In this document: piece by piece, positions 1-12,408 of the stretch | How the letters are laid out: every line of letters starts with the position of its first letter | Position numbering within the stretch: position 1 is the stretch's first letter | The notes under the pieces: generated by a model | What the model was told of the DNA's origin: nothing | Seen by the model: the letters and a program-made list of their open reading frames with translations, nothing else | Databases searched by the model: none | Source of the DNA: Antedon mediterranea | Taxonomy: Eukaryota; Animalia; Echinodermata | NCBI RefSeq assembly: GCF_964355755.1 | Contig: NC_092676.1 | Location: 14,836,871 to 14,900,870 of the forward strand | Direction: 5' to 3' | DNA: 64,000 bases | Translations under genes and position numbers: made by a program

Positions 1-215
1 GTCATTCACAATAGGAGGTGCACAATTTCACGTAAATGCCCACATGTTGACATCAAAACAGTTCAAAAAGTACAGAAAAGCGATAAAACGCATAGTGATA
101 CCGGACCGACAGACAGACCGACAGACAGACCGACAGACCGACAGACAGACAGACCGACAGACCGACAGACAGACCGACATAGTGAACTATAGAGTCAAGT
201 CCACGCGACTAAAAA
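1..215 (-). mobile_element. HINE/DINE-1-like element, 5' end
   Basis: GACA/GACC microsatellite then catagtgaactatagagtc..ccacgcgactaaaaa. Confidence 0.8.
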
Positions 216-230
216 TATTGGTTTACTCAC

Positions 231-338
231 CATCAGAGCGCCTTTGTATACATAAAGTATAGAGAGCCAAACATTCTTAAAATTGCTGACACATGCGTAG
301 GCGATGGGTTCAATAAGTACATCTCTACCTTCTTCCAC
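231..338 (-). CDS. GABBR2: GABBR2 exon 14 (ECL2/TM5); gene continues beyond the window
   Basis: VEEGRDVLIEPIAYACVSNFKNVWLSILYVYKGALM; 108 nt; GT donor at 230-229. Confidence 0.92.
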
Positions 339-783
339 CTATAATTAGAATGCATGCAATAATATTAATATTATTAAGCAAAAATGGCTGCTTGGTCTAA
401 TACCAGTAATAGTGATCCAAGTAACTAATTTAATATTAAGATGACACTTGCCTAATTAGTTTAATTTCAAATAATAACGCATCATTGTTCAATGAATATT
501 TCGAATCATTCATAGTATGGTGTAAAAATTATTTTCTTTAACTAAATGCCAAAGAAATTAAAAGGTTAATGCTGACTTAAGGAGATTCATCACTGTACAC
601 AGCATGTAATTTATTTAATCAAAAACAAAAGATATTAACTAATCATTAAATTTATTTAAATATTTATCACATTTTATTATTTATTAATTCTATTAAGGGA
701 TAAATAAAATCTCAATAATTATTTCAATTTTCAATAAAGTTAAATATTGAAATACTACATTTGATATTAGCTGTTATTATTAC

Positions 784-906
784 CTTTGGTTCAAGGTACT
801 GTTTCGCAACATGCATTGGATCTAAAAGTTGCCACGCAATCAAAACTATCGCGTCAATTACGAGCATTACTGCAACCATGATAATGAGATGTCCATCTTT
901 TATTAC
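784..906 (-). CDS. GABBR2: GABBR2 exon 13 (TM4)
   Basis: VIKDGHLIIMVAVMLVIDAIVLIAWQLLDPM...EPK; 123 nt. Confidence 0.93.
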
Positions 907-1112
907 CTGTAAATAATAGCTTATTGTTATACGACAGAAAATATGAGCTTACTGATAAAAAATAAGCATATATGTAAGAGAACAAGTTAACAGGATAGTC
1001 AAAACAGCTATAGAGTTTGAGCGTGATTATTATAATTATAATTCTTAATGCCAGATAAACATTAAACAAACAATTTCATAATAATAATAGTAAATATTTA
1101 TATAACAAATAG

Positions 1113-1255
1113 TATAAATCCAAAGGCAAATTAGTGAAAAAATGACAATGCTGTGGGTATCAGTGACTGGATCTCAATGGAGATACAAAAAAAGCAAAAG
1201 CTAAATCAAAAACAGCCAGAAAAGTTAGCAGAGCTTTCGGGCAACACTAGCCCTT
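1113..1255 (-). mobile_element. Penelope-like repeat, truncated inside the ribozyme
   Basis: Same family but stops at ...agccctt, lacking the CUGAUGA box. Confidence 0.65.
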
Positions 1256-1938
1256 TACATTTTGTATTTGGAAACATTGTTGATTTTCTTTATTTGAATG
1301 TATCTTGACATTATACGTGGGTATTCCTACGATTTTTCAAATTCAGCAAATCAATTTTTATTTCTTTCCTATTGTAAATGTAACTTGTTTGTTATTTAAA
1401 GTTGCTTCCCATTGTAGTCATGCAATGTGACAAAAATATTTATAACTTGTGGTATTAGTAACCATATATATTGGTTCATCTGCAAAAAAATTGCAAAGAA
1501 GCTGATTTCAACGGATTTGTGTAGGTATAGGTATACAGATATACCAAAAAAAAAGTAAGAAAAGATAGGGGGTGGGGAACGTATTTTTTTGGGGTGTTAA
1601 AGGTCATTGACCACCAAAATTATGGTTACTATATGCAAGTGACAGGTTGGTAAATAATGTGTGATTTATATCAAATCAGATCGCCGCACATTCGAATGGC
1701 CCACCAGATTTCCGACTTTAAGATGGAGAAATAATTGAGAATTAAACAATTACAAAAAAAACACGTGGTGTGTTATTAAATAGGCCTAAATGTTTTGTAT
1801 TCTTTGAATAGAACAGTCAACTCAGAAAATATTCTTTCTATTCAACTCTAATACACATTCATTACTATTTTGTACATCACATTGCTAAATCGTAATAATT
1901 AATTTTATGTAGACAGTGTTATAAAACAAATCACAAAC

Positions 1939-2046
1939 CTTTTTTTTCATTTTAACATTAGTAAAAATCCTGTAAACACGCCATGTTTTACAAAACATTG
2001 CACCAAACGCCAATGTGAAAGACACACAAAGGAACCAAGCTCTTGC
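1939..2046 (-). CDS. GABBR2: GABBR2 exon 12 (TM3)
   Basis: [36 protein letters not shown], class C GPCR FGAMFxKTWRV motif; 108 nt. Confidence 0.96.
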
Positions 2047-2114
2047 CTGAAAATAAAAGTAAGATTGATGGAGATAACTACAAGTTTGATAAGCTATTAA
2101 AAGCAATTCAACGG

Positions 2115-2410
2115 TCGATCAAGTCAAATGCTTTGGTAAAGTCGGGTAAGAGCCAGAGTACATATTGATCCTCTTTTCTCACAACTTGACATTAAGAAGT
2201 TATAAATATCTATCAGGCAGTGAGTCGTGGAAATCCCTTTTTGGTTCCCAAATTGTTGTTTATCAATCAGGGGCTTAATGGTATCAATTACAAATTGTGA
2301 AAAATTTTTCTCAGCTATTTCGGCTAATTGTGACGTCAGAGATATCGGTCTTAATTTGTCAATAGACGGTGGTGTCTTTGGCAAGGGAAATCACATTTGC
2401 CAATTTTCAT
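2115..2410 (-). mobile_element. LINE RT fragment
   Basis: LRPISLTS...QFGNQKGISTTHCL. Confidence 0.8.
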
Positions 2411-2482
2411 TGATTTTTATTACGTTAGTGGTTAATGTTACATTAGTGGTTGATTGTTACGTTAGTGGTTAATGTTACATTA

Positions 2483-2661
2483 AGCGTGGTTCCCACTAGC
2501 GACGCAACGCAAGGACGTAACGCAACGCAAGTGAATTGACCAATCACAAGCGATGGATTATTCGCTTTTGATTGCTAACTGTCTATAACTTCGCTTGTCA
2601 TTGGTTAAAATGCTTGCGTTGCGTTTACGTCCTTGCGTTACGTTCTAATGGGAACCAAGCT
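2483..2661. mobile_element. 179-bp PIF/Harbinger-type MITE
   Basis: TIR agcgtggttcccactag; TTA/TCA flanks; near-identical copy at 5396. Confidence 0.85.
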
Positions 2662-2767
2662 TCAGTGGTTAAGTTGATTGTTACGTTAGTTGGTGATACA
2701 AACGCTAGTCCTACTGTACTTGTAAGTGTACACCACTAAGAAAACGGACTCCGCAAAAAATACTTAC

Positions 2768-2900
2768 AACACAAACTACTCGAAATTCGCTGGTGCTAAG
2801 AAACGCTTTATCAAGGCCTAATAAAAACACACATGAGTATGCTAATATGCCACCCACAATTATTAGGTTGTTAATGTTTGGACTTGACATCTTAATGTAC
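2768..2900 (-). CDS. GABBR2: GABBR2 exon 11 (TM2)
   Basis: (R)YIKMSSPNINNLIIVGGILAYSCVFLLGLD...VVCV; 133 nt, phase 2-0. Confidence 0.95.
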
Positions 2901-3964
2901 CTAAAAGAAAAAAAATATTTAAATGTAATGTGTGTATTTTGTTATCAATATGTAATAATTACAAGTTTTAAGAAGTAATACGATTGTATTCGTCGGCACA
3001 CCATCGCGTCCGTCCGTCGGCAAACAAAGGTGCCGGGGAAAAAATAAAGTTAGGCAATAAACTATTATTCTTATAATAATTGAACTGTAAACATAACTCT
3101 TTTGAGTGTTTGTTTAATTACATATCATATCATTCCCTTCACATCAACTTTTTTTAATTTTCATTACATCTAACCAAAAACGTAAAAAATGGGATTAAAA
3201 TATCTTCTCATCTAGCACATACGGCCGTACGCGCTAGATTGTTTTTGTAGCTTCTAATGACCTGGGATTTGTATGTCTTCCTACGCCAATATTATATAGT
3301 TCCACATGCCATGTGCCTTTTTCTCGAAGATATATTTATTATGCCAAAAAGCACTAGTAACACTAGTGATGCGAGCTAAAACTTCTTCACATACACAATA
3401 TATTAACAATTTGATGATCATGATCAAAATCGTCATTTTATGTACAGAACGTTGAATAATCCTTTTATTATCCTTTTAATTAAATGTTAAGCCTTAAATA
3501 TTTCTGAGGATAATGATCATATGCACTATAAGTGTTGTTATGGTATTGATAATCTTTTTCATCACTTAATGTATTTATTCTGTATTTTACCATGGCAATC
3601 TAACACCGGAAGGCTAAGCTCGCCTTTCCAAGATCTTACGATTGTTGCTGTGGCAAATTCATACTATGCATCAAATGGTAGGCAATACATTTGATTTTTG
3701 TCCGTGTCTGATATCTCTTACAAATATAAAAAGTTATAATAGGCAAGACACAATAGATCGGACTAACAGTAGTTTAAGTTTCAATTCAATTTTGCATTGT
3801 TATACTTTATTTTGGCAATGTTAGCATTATTTAGCACAAGCCAATGGTTGACTAACGTTAATGTTTTGTTTATTAATTTACAATTTAATTTGGGTTGTGT
3901 TTTTAATAAGTAAGTACCAAATATGTATATTATTTTCCGGTCTCAAACCAATTGGTGGACAATT

Positions 3965-4251
3965 GAAAATCATTCATTCGTTTAGTTCTAAGGGGCGTGG
4001 AACGAATGGCAAATGCATATGAAAATCAGTCATTCGTTTAGTTCTAAGGGGCGTGGAACGAATGGCAAATGCATATGAAAATCAGTCATTCGTTTAGTTC
4101 TAAGGGGCGTGGAACGAATGGCAAATGCATAGGAAAATCATTCATTCGTTTAGTTCTAAGGGGCGTGGAACGAATGGCAAATGCATAGGAAAATCAGTCA
4201 TTCGTTTAGTTCTAAGGGGCGTGGAACGAATGGCAAATGCATAGGAAAATC
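3965..4251. repeat. 56-bp minisatellite, ~5 copies
   Basis: gaaaatcagtcattcgtttagttctaaggggcgtggaacgaatggcaaatgcatat. Confidence 0.95.
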
Positions 4252-4775
4252 TTTGATGCAATAGAGCTCAGCATCCTGTTGTTACATTGTCTTGATTTCA
4301 CAGATTTTTGTTTTTTTTGGATAAATAAAATATATAAATACACGAATAGGCCATATTGCAGTTTTTATCAAATTATTCCATTCCGTACAGTAGTAATGAT
4401 TTTACTTATAAAAAGACACCAAACGGTTAAATTCAACCAAAAACACATTGTCTGACAGTGAATATTTATTTTTCTTTGATTTACAGCTTTTTTTGGGTAT
4501 AGGCCACATACATTTTTTATCTCATTTTTTATTAAATTGATGAACTATTATGTGACATTAAATTGGCTTAAATAAATAAACAAATTGTTTTGTATATTTT
4601 AAATATATCTTTGATAGTACACCTATTACAATTCTAATGATTGTATAGACGTTTGTTTCCCTCTATTGGGAAAAAATACATATACTTTATGTATAGAAAG
4701 TGTTTTTAATGCCATGTGTTCGCAAATTGATTACTAGGCCTACTACTTTTCATAAATTTAGGTTTGGTAGCTTAC

Positions 4776-4926
4776 CGTTGTTTTCGGTGTTTCATGTTAA
4801 AAACCAGAAAGCAGCATGCAGCCAATATACCTAATGTGGCAATGCCGACCATAGTGAAAAACAAGGATTTGGAAATTTGCATCGTAGATGATTCACTCAG
4901 CTGTTTATACGGTGGCGGGATATTAC
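4776..4926 (-). CDS. GABBR2: GABBR2 exon 10 (TM1)
   Basis: (G)NIPPP...SLFFTMVGIATLGILAACCFLVFNMKHRKQ; 151 nt, phase 1-2. Confidence 0.92.
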
Positions 4927-5158
4927 CTACATAAAACAGAACATTCAATAAAAAGAGTCGGCACATTTGTGTAAATATTACATCAAAATAAGACATTAAT
5001 AACATGATATTCTAAAAGTCTACTAATAATGTATTCTTTATACTTTATTCATTTCAGTGACGATTTCTTGCTGCTGGTATCCTTTAAAAATACCTTCACC
5101 CAAAAGTGACATCCCAACTATCTATACAGAATATCTACATTTAAATAAATAATCTCAC

Positions 5159-5239
5159 CAGACCAACGGAATGCATCATTTGTTATATCAAGATGTTTCA
5201 GAAGTGAGTGATATTCACCAATCTTTACCATTCTTCCAT
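5159..5239 (-). CDS. GABBR2: GABBR2 exon 9
   Basis: (D)GRMVKIGEYHSLLKHLDITNDAFRWS; 81 nt, phase 1-1. Confidence 0.9.
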
Positions 5240-5395
5240 CTAATATTAATAAGGATATAAAAAATACTCAATCTACTACAACCAAAAATAAACTTGCATA
5301 TTTAATGTGTGAATTTATATTATTAAACGTTACCGAGAACCATATTTTGACAACGTATTAGGGATTTCAGCACAATTGTGAGATTTACGATATAA

Positions 5396-5574
5396 AGCGT
5401 GGTTCCCACTAGCGACGCAACACAAGGACGTAACGCAACGTAAGTGAATTGACCAATCACAAGCGATGGCTTATTCGCTTGTGATTGTTAACTGTCTATA
5501 ACTTCGCTTGTCATTGGTTAAACCGCTTGCGTTGCGTTTACGTCCTTGCGTTACGTTCTAGTGGGAACCAAGCT
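5396..5574. mobile_element. 179-bp PIF/Harbinger-type MITE
   Basis: Same TIRs, exact TAA TSD. Confidence 0.88.
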
Positions 5575-6146
5575 TAACCGCGCGCGCTCACCGAGTGAGC
5601 ACTGTTTCAATAATTTGACAGTATGATTTATATATAATTTACAAAGAGCTACGCAACAGAATTAATTTACATATACACAATATTATTTTAAAAACCGTTG
5701 CGTAATAAAGTTGTAAATTATTCTGACTACTTAAGCCTCCATTGATTGTGAGGGCGTTTGTTGTATGATGAGAGAATGTATGTACAGTATAAATTTACTA
5801 GTAGCCGTGTATATCCTCAATAATCATTATCTTTTGATTTTACACATTCCAAACTCTGAATTAATCAAGATTCTACCTCCTTTATCTAGGTTTTTATAAC
5901 AACTGGTCCATTCTGTGGGTTTTGTGGTGGGGAATAAGAAAGTTTTATAGCATGTGTTATCTAGGAATACTGTGAAATTGGATCAGATCTGTGTAGTTAG
6001 TATTGAGTTTTAAAAGTAAGCAGTTGTGTTATAATTAAGAGCATTTTGTATTGGAATTCTGTGTTTCATCGATTTTGTAGCTGAAATTGAGAACCTGGGT
6101 TTAAGTTATTATTGTATTTTTATTATTTTGTGACGAGCTACATATT

Positions 6147-6461
6147 ATATAAATCCAAAGGCAAAATACTGAAAAATTACAATGCCGTGGGTATCAGTGG
6201 CTGGATCTGGAGATAGGCCTACACAAAAAAAAGCGAAAAGCTAAATCAAAACGATAAAGTAAAACAGCCAGAAAGGTTAGCCGAGCTTTCGGACAACACT
6301 AGCCCTTCATCAGTGCAAGTGAAAGTACTTGGACAAAGATAAAATTATCCAAAGTACCCTCCAGGATTACAACAAAGTCAGATCAAAATTGATACAAACA
6401 GTAGAAACTATATATAAATCCAAAGGCAAAATACTGAAAAAAATGTTGTGGGTATCAGTGG
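6147..6461 (-). mobile_element. Penelope-like repeat, partial tandem
   Basis: Full copy 6147-6322, ~90 bp extra sequence, then second partial copy 6410-6461. Confidence 0.7.
6278..6318 (-). ncRNA. Hammerhead motif, variant copy
   Basis: Core intact; stem II has a G-U wobble; first stem I pair mismatched. Confidence 0.6.
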
Positions 6462-6709
6462 ATAATTCGTAAAAATAAATAATCCTGGCTTATTTTGCAC
6501 TTGTGAATAGACGACCAAAGCCTCAACTAATCTTGGCATTTGTCTTTAATCGGTAACTATGCAAATTCCGGCAGTTACCGTACCACATAATGGAACCTTC
6601 GTGTATTTTAATGTTTTATTATCATATTATTATTATCATAATTGGTGGCGGGCAAAGACCAAAATAAAAACAATCTAATCGCTTCGAATGTTTATGATTG
6701 TGTACTTAC

Positions 6710-6770
6710 CTTGGAATTGTCGAATTATTTGTGAGCCGATTCTTTCACCAGCAGTAAAGTAAACTTCACC
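6710..6770 (-). CDS. GABBR2: GABBR2 exon 8
   Basis: GEVYFTAGERIGSQIIRQFQ; 61 nt, ends in phase 1. Confidence 0.9.
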
Positions 6771-7022
6771 CTATGAATAAATATTTCAATGTACTGTATG
6801 AAAATATAAAAGTATCATGGCCAGTTTCATACAATCTGATCGATAGTTAAAAGTAAATTCAAAGGACATGCAATAGTATTTGTATTGATACCGTATTAAT
6901 TAGGTAGGTTAAAGGGTAATTGATATTAATTTGAAATTAAAATATAGTAATTGTCTCAATTGCAAATACAGTTGTGACATAAGGTAAAACATGCAAGTAT
7001 TTATTTTCAACTCAAAAAGTAC

Positions 7023-7253
7023 CGTAACGCCAGTGAACTTGGTTTCATTAAGTGCTCTTGCAATTCTTAAAAGTAGATCTTCGTCATCATATTTAAACGT
7101 TTGAAGTGTTTCTATCTCATTTAATTCCATGCTATCAATTACTTTATCCAGAACCTGTGCCATCACCCAAACACCATCGTAAGCGTAACCATGAAATCGT
7201 GAATAATTGTTACCTCTAACTTTTTCATAAAGTTTTTGATATTCACTTGCTGT
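7023..7253 (-). CDS. GABBR2: GABBR2 exon 7
   Basis: TASEYQKLY...FHGYAYDGVWVMAQ...LNETKFTGVT; AG/GT flanks, 231 nt. Confidence 0.93.
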
Positions 7254-7440
7254 CTACAATTAAAAAAAAATAATAATTTACTGACAGTAACTAGTAAATC
7301 CTTAACCTAAACTTACATAATACAGCCATAATATTTGAAATACATGCTGTACTAAATGTTCGTAATTATACTTGACAAATAAGTGTCTCCTATGTCCAGC
7401 TACATCACTAAGAACTGGGTATGTTTCAACACGGACGGTC

Positions 7441-8444
7441 TGTTGAACCCACAAATGTGAAAACGCCCACAAATGTGAAAACAACCACAAATGTGAAAAC
7501 GCATCACCCACAAATGTGAAAACAACCACAAATGTGAAAACGCATCACCCACAAATGTGAAAACAACCACAAATGTGAAAACGCATCAACCACAAATGTG
7601 AAAACAGCGCCCACAAATGTGAAAACGATCATCGCCCACAAATGTGATAACGCCCACAAATGTAAAAACAAGAGAGACTTTTTCGCCCACAAATGTAAAA
7701 AAATCAGATCAAATTTAATGCTAGATTCAGACAAACATTATATCATGATTGTATTGAGTTGTTTGTTCACGATACGTCTGTTAGGGTCGTCGTTAACACG
7801 TTGGATTATTATCATTTGCTGCTCGTGCGCGCGATATTTGCACGTTAACTCGTTTGTTTAATGAACGTAATAGTTCAAGACAATAATATTTGTTATTTGC
7901 TGCGCGCGTGCACGATACTTCAAGGTCAAGGCCATGTTATATCATTGTTGGTTATTAACTCGTTGGCTTACTGTTATGTACGTATAGTTCCAAGTCGATG
8001 CTCGATTCGATGTTTTTGGGCATTAAACAAACGAGTTTACGTGCAAATATCGCGTGCATGAGCAGCAAATTATAATAATCCAACGCGTTAACCACGACCC
8101 TAACAGACGTATCGTGAACAAACAATTATTGAAACAACTCAATACAATCATGATATAATGTAGTACCTCGATCAAAATTGTTTGAGTCTAGAATTAAATT
8201 TCATCTGATTTTTTTTTTTTACATTTGTGGGCGTTATCACATTTGTGGGCGATGATCGTTTTCACATTTGTGGGCGCTGTTTATTACATTTGTGGTTGAT
8301 GCGTTTTCACATTTGTGGTTGTTTTCACATTTGTGGGTGATGCGTTTTCACATTTGTGGTTGTTTTCACATTTGTGGGTGATGCGTTTTCACATTTGTGG
8401 TTGTTTTCACATTTGTAGGCGTTTTTACATTTGTGGGTTCAACA
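7441..8444. mobile_element. Foldback element with TGT...ACA ends (Ginger-like)
   Basis: ~420-bp inverted arms built of cacaaatgtgaaaa repeats; 5-bp TSD CGGTC at 7436-7440 and 8445-8449. Confidence 0.85.
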
Positions 8445-8629
8445 CGGTCCACAGAAGAATAAAACTTCTCTATTATAAAGGATATCGGTTTTAGCAACTC
8501 TAAAGTCAATTTTACACGTGAAGGAAAAGGATAAAAAAAAATCCTAGTAAACTAGATGAGTTCAGCTGTACAGTTACTTTCATGCATTAAAATCTATAAA
8601 ATTGATTATTTTTCGAAAAAATTCCTTAC

Positions 8630-8818
8630 TAGTCCAGATATAGTTAGTTCTGGGCTTGAGCTCAGTGGTAATATGTCTGTGGCGATATAACCATTAATAG
8701 TTTTGATCATTTCTTGCTCTGTACATTGTATCTGTTTTGTTGGCCGCCACCATTTGTCTGAATACCACCCTGGAAGTATCCATACGTAATTTCTGTCAGA
8801 AAGGCCTTCCTTAAACAC
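8630..8818 (-). CDS. GABBR2: GABBR2 exon 6
   Basis: VFKEGLSDRNYVWILPGWYSDKWW...LTISGL; AG/GT flanks, 189 nt. Confidence 0.93.
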
Positions 8819-9439
8819 CTGGATACAAAGGAATTAAATAGTATTAAAATGATGAATATTTATCAGTTGAATAGTGGAGACGTAATAAATAGAGCAGTCA
8901 ATCTTTCAACGATTATAAAACATCCATTATTTGTTTTATAACACTGTGAATTAATGGCCTAGATAAGTTATTCCGAATGTTTTAACTGCAACCAAAATGT
9001 CAAATCGCGAGGGAAATTTTTATTTGGAATCTATGATGACAAGAATATAATTCAGGTACCCGATGTGAGAAGAAATGCTTGCTGCAGTTGATGTTCTTGC
9101 CAAGTGATGTACAGTGTTAGTGAATGTTGATGTTCTTGCCAAGTGATGTACAGTGTTAGTGAATTTCCTCTAGTCTCTGATTTTTGTCAATAATTCAAAA
9201 ACATTTATTTGGTTATTTCTAAATTGTTGATGCCTTTTAAACGTTTGAAAGTTTCGATTATGTCTTTCTATTCCTCTTCCTTGTGAAAACAGGTACCATC
9301 TTAGTTTACCTGGATACAATGCTCTAAATAAGGCCCGATGTATTTGGAAAACTATCCACTTGAAGGTTCTTCTGGTGACTCTCAAACAGTTTCCTGTCTG
9401 TTTTATTGCATTGCATATTTGAGTCCCAAATCCTTTTTG

Positions 9440-9930
9440 TCACTTGTTACTTACCCCTAAGCCAAGTGTAAACATAATGAGGAGCTCGCTCAAATTCGCT
9501 GGTGCTCATGTATGGAATGATCTACCGCAAGAAATTAAGTATCTTCAAATTATTTTAATTTCAAGTCAAATTACTAAAAAAATCACTTCTTCGGAAGGTA
9601 TTTTTACCCTTTTGCTTGAATCAAATTTACAATTGTATTTTAGGAATTTGTTCTTTTTAGACCATTTTATTACTATTATTATTTGTAAACATGTTCTGAA
9701 CAATTCATTTGATGTTTCCCTTTTATCTTCTACTCTTTTTCACTACTTTGTATTGTGATTTCAAAATTTTATTTGTAAGTCTCTTTTTTTAATGTCTTTT
9801 ATGAATGTTTTTAATCTATTGCTAAAAAACAGGACCATATGTAAAACAGGTGCAATCTCTATACCTGATATGTTGTTATCCTATCTAAATATGTTTTGAA
9901 TAAAAAATAGAATAAAATAAAAAATAAATG
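9440..9930 (+). mobile_element. LINE 3' end fragment
   Basis: SLKFAGAHVWNDLP, T-rich 3' UTR, A-rich tail. Confidence 0.65.
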
Positions 9931-10159
9931 GCAACATATTATTTCCAATAGTGTACATTCTAAAGACACTAAATCAGCTGGAAGTTTGCTTTTAACAAAA
10001 AAAAATGACACGAAATTACACAATGGCCTACATTAAAATTTCTTAGCCATCCACAGCCATATCGGTTATATGCTTTGTTTACTTCCGCTTTTTCGCCACA
10101 TGCCATGGTAAAGATTGCTGCAGCACTATGATAGTTTAACTCTTGTTCCTTTCTCCGTC

Positions 10160-10690
10160 AGCAATGTCGAGCGATGTGTGTCAGAATCATATAAATCAGA
10201 GTGGCCAAATAATATAATGCAAAAAACCTCATTAAATTTATACTCAAAATTGAAAGCTTTCCCTAATTTAGAAAAATATTTACTTGATAAAACAAATTTA
10301 GATTGTAAAATTTATAAATGGTCCAATGATGTGTCCGGTCTTTGTACTTTATGTGGGAATGGTGAAATTGAAGACATTAAACATGTTTTATTAAACTGTA
10401 AAGCATTTGATAATATTAGAATGAAAGAATTATCCATTCTACAAAATAACCTTGTGCTCTGTAATGAATATGACACATGGAATCGTTACACAACAGCAAG
10501 TGCTGATGATAAATTACAGTATATTTTAGGTGGAAATTCTATCGCGATTTGTAAAGAATCTGAGACCTTTTTTTTTATTTGTTTTGTAAACAATACACAA
10601 GAGCTGCATGGGAGAAACGGTCAGAACTTAAATCTCCCAATATATAGATTGTTTTTCTTTTGTATTGTTGCTTTTATATATGATTTGTAA
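10160..10690 (+). mobile_element. LINE C-terminal fragment
   Basis: CTLCGNGEIEDIKHVLLNC, the CCHC motif of LINE ORF2 C-termini. Confidence 0.7.
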
Positions 10691-11170
10691 ATATTATACA
10701 CCTATGATAACAACTATAGGTCTTCAGTACCTGATGTTGAAACACAATGGTTTGTAATGTAAACTCTTTACTATATTTTATGTTTATTTTTATATACCCT
10801 TTTAAATTATATCAATTCAAACCTATGATACTGTAGGACAATTTAATACAGTACCTGTATTACCACGTTGATAATGATTTTTCTTTTATATTTTTGCAAA
10901 TAGTTTAAGAACCTGTATCCGTCATATAATGTATTTTTTTGATGTATTATGTTAAATTGGATGCACCACTTCTGTGTGTGCCACCGATGCAAAGGTGTCA
11001 TTTCCTAATAAATTATTATTATTATTATTACCTTCAACAGTGTCGACCACCATAGGATTTGTTGACGTAGAAAAGAAGATGAGTAGTAGTATTTTATAAT
11101 ACTTTAGCAGTAATGGTGGTATAGAAAACTGTATTGACATCTTACATAGATAATAATAATTCAAATTTAC

Positions 11171-11236
11171 CTGACAGAAAAAGTTTCTTGCGTAGACTTC
11201 ATCAAAAAAACCAACCAATATCCTAGCGTGTGATTT
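11171..11236 (-). CDS. GABBR2: GABBR2 exon 5
   Basis: KSHARILVGFFDEVYARNFFCQ; AG/GT flanks, 66 nt. Confidence 0.9.
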
Positions 11237-12162
11237 CTGCTTAAAAAAAACAACAAAGCTTAGGGTACAAAATAAAAACAGTAAATAATGTAATTAATAC
11301 ATCGTTTAAAATAAAACAACCTAATTACAATTTGCTCTCTAAAAAGATGGCAATTTAACTGAGAATTAAAATGAGATGACCACAAAAGAAATTCGTTTAA
11401 ATATAAAAAAAAATTAATTTTTAAATATTGCATTAATTCAAAATATAATAGATGTGTTTGGAATTTGTTTATTATAATATAGCCAGGAAGTTTATTCCAT
11501 TGTTTGATTCCATTGTAATAGAAAGTATTACACATTCTATGCCTTGGATTTTAAGTACAGTGATATTGAATTTACTACATTTACTACCTGACCATGTAAC
11601 GAAAATCTGCCCAAAAATATGTTAATGACACTTTAAATTTAACAATCCATCCGCCAAAACAGAAAGGTTCGTCAAAGTCGCGGGAATCCATGGATATCAG
11701 ATATATAAAGGTATTTAAAGTGAAGATTTTCAAGATGGCGAGTGTTAAAAATAATGATTTCACAAACAGCAAAGTAGTCAAATCGGCCAAATCTTTATAA
11801 GAGAGACGAGTCTATTATCATGCCGGTACCACGTTTTTGTTTTAAAGCGAGTTATGTATGTCTTTGGGAAGCAAAACATTGCCATGTGAAAACCAGAAGA
11901 GATTAGCATAAATAAATGATGATAATAAATCAATTGCCAGTTTATAAAGAATTGAATTCGAATTTATAATAATAAAAAAAAACTAAAAAACCAAAAATCT
12001 AATATCTACCGTTTGTAAAGAGCCATGGTTGCCCTTTTCTAGGGCTTTTAAAGTGACGAGCAACGCAATAAAAATATATCTAGGATAATTCCATGGTGCA
12101 AGCAAGATGGAACAGTTGAGTATTTATATCTTTCAAAATCAGTGCAACAACGAGGTTCTTGC

Positions 12163-12283
12163 ACCAATGTACCTTGTATGAAACATGCTGAACCCAATGT
12201 ACCTTGCATGAAACATGCTGAACCCAATGTACCTTGCATGAAACATGCTGAACCCAATGTACCTTGCATGAAACATGCTGAAC
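12163..12283. repeat. 30-bp minisatellite, 4 copies
   Basis: ccaatgtaccttgcatgaaacatgctgaac. Confidence 0.95.
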
Positions 12284-12306
12284 CTACCGTAGGAACATAA
12301 ACCTAC

Positions 12307-12408
12307 CTTCAGTTCCATTATGGCTGATTTTGTGTCATCTGAAAAACTAGCGCTGATAGTAATATTAACACCGTTTCGCTCGGCTTCTTTGTCTAGTTGA
12401 TCCTGTGC
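12307..12408 (-). CDS. GABBR2: GABBR2 exon 4
   Basis: AQDQLDKEAERNGVNITISASFSDDTKSAIMELK; AG/GT flanks, 102 nt. Confidence 0.88.

Noticed and set aside
44-262. ORF with RQTD repeats (and SVCR ORF at 37932-38183)
   Set aside because: Translation of the GACA/GACC microsatellite of the HINE element
3965-4251. CRISPR-like regular repeats (also 24789-25002, 12163-12283, 61489-61646)
   Set aside because: Units are head-to-tail with no unique spacers and no cas genes; ordinary minisatellites in eukaryotic introns
7302-7861. ORFs with FSHLW/HKC repeats
   Set aside because: Artefacts of the foldback element's tandem motifs
9170-9430. Possible transposase remnant (GIERHNRNFQTFK)
   Set aside because: Too short and degenerate to call without a search
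12048-12269. MQGTLGSACF repeat ORF as an extended GABBR2 exon
   Set aside because: 30-bp minisatellite beyond a clean donor at 12306; no homology
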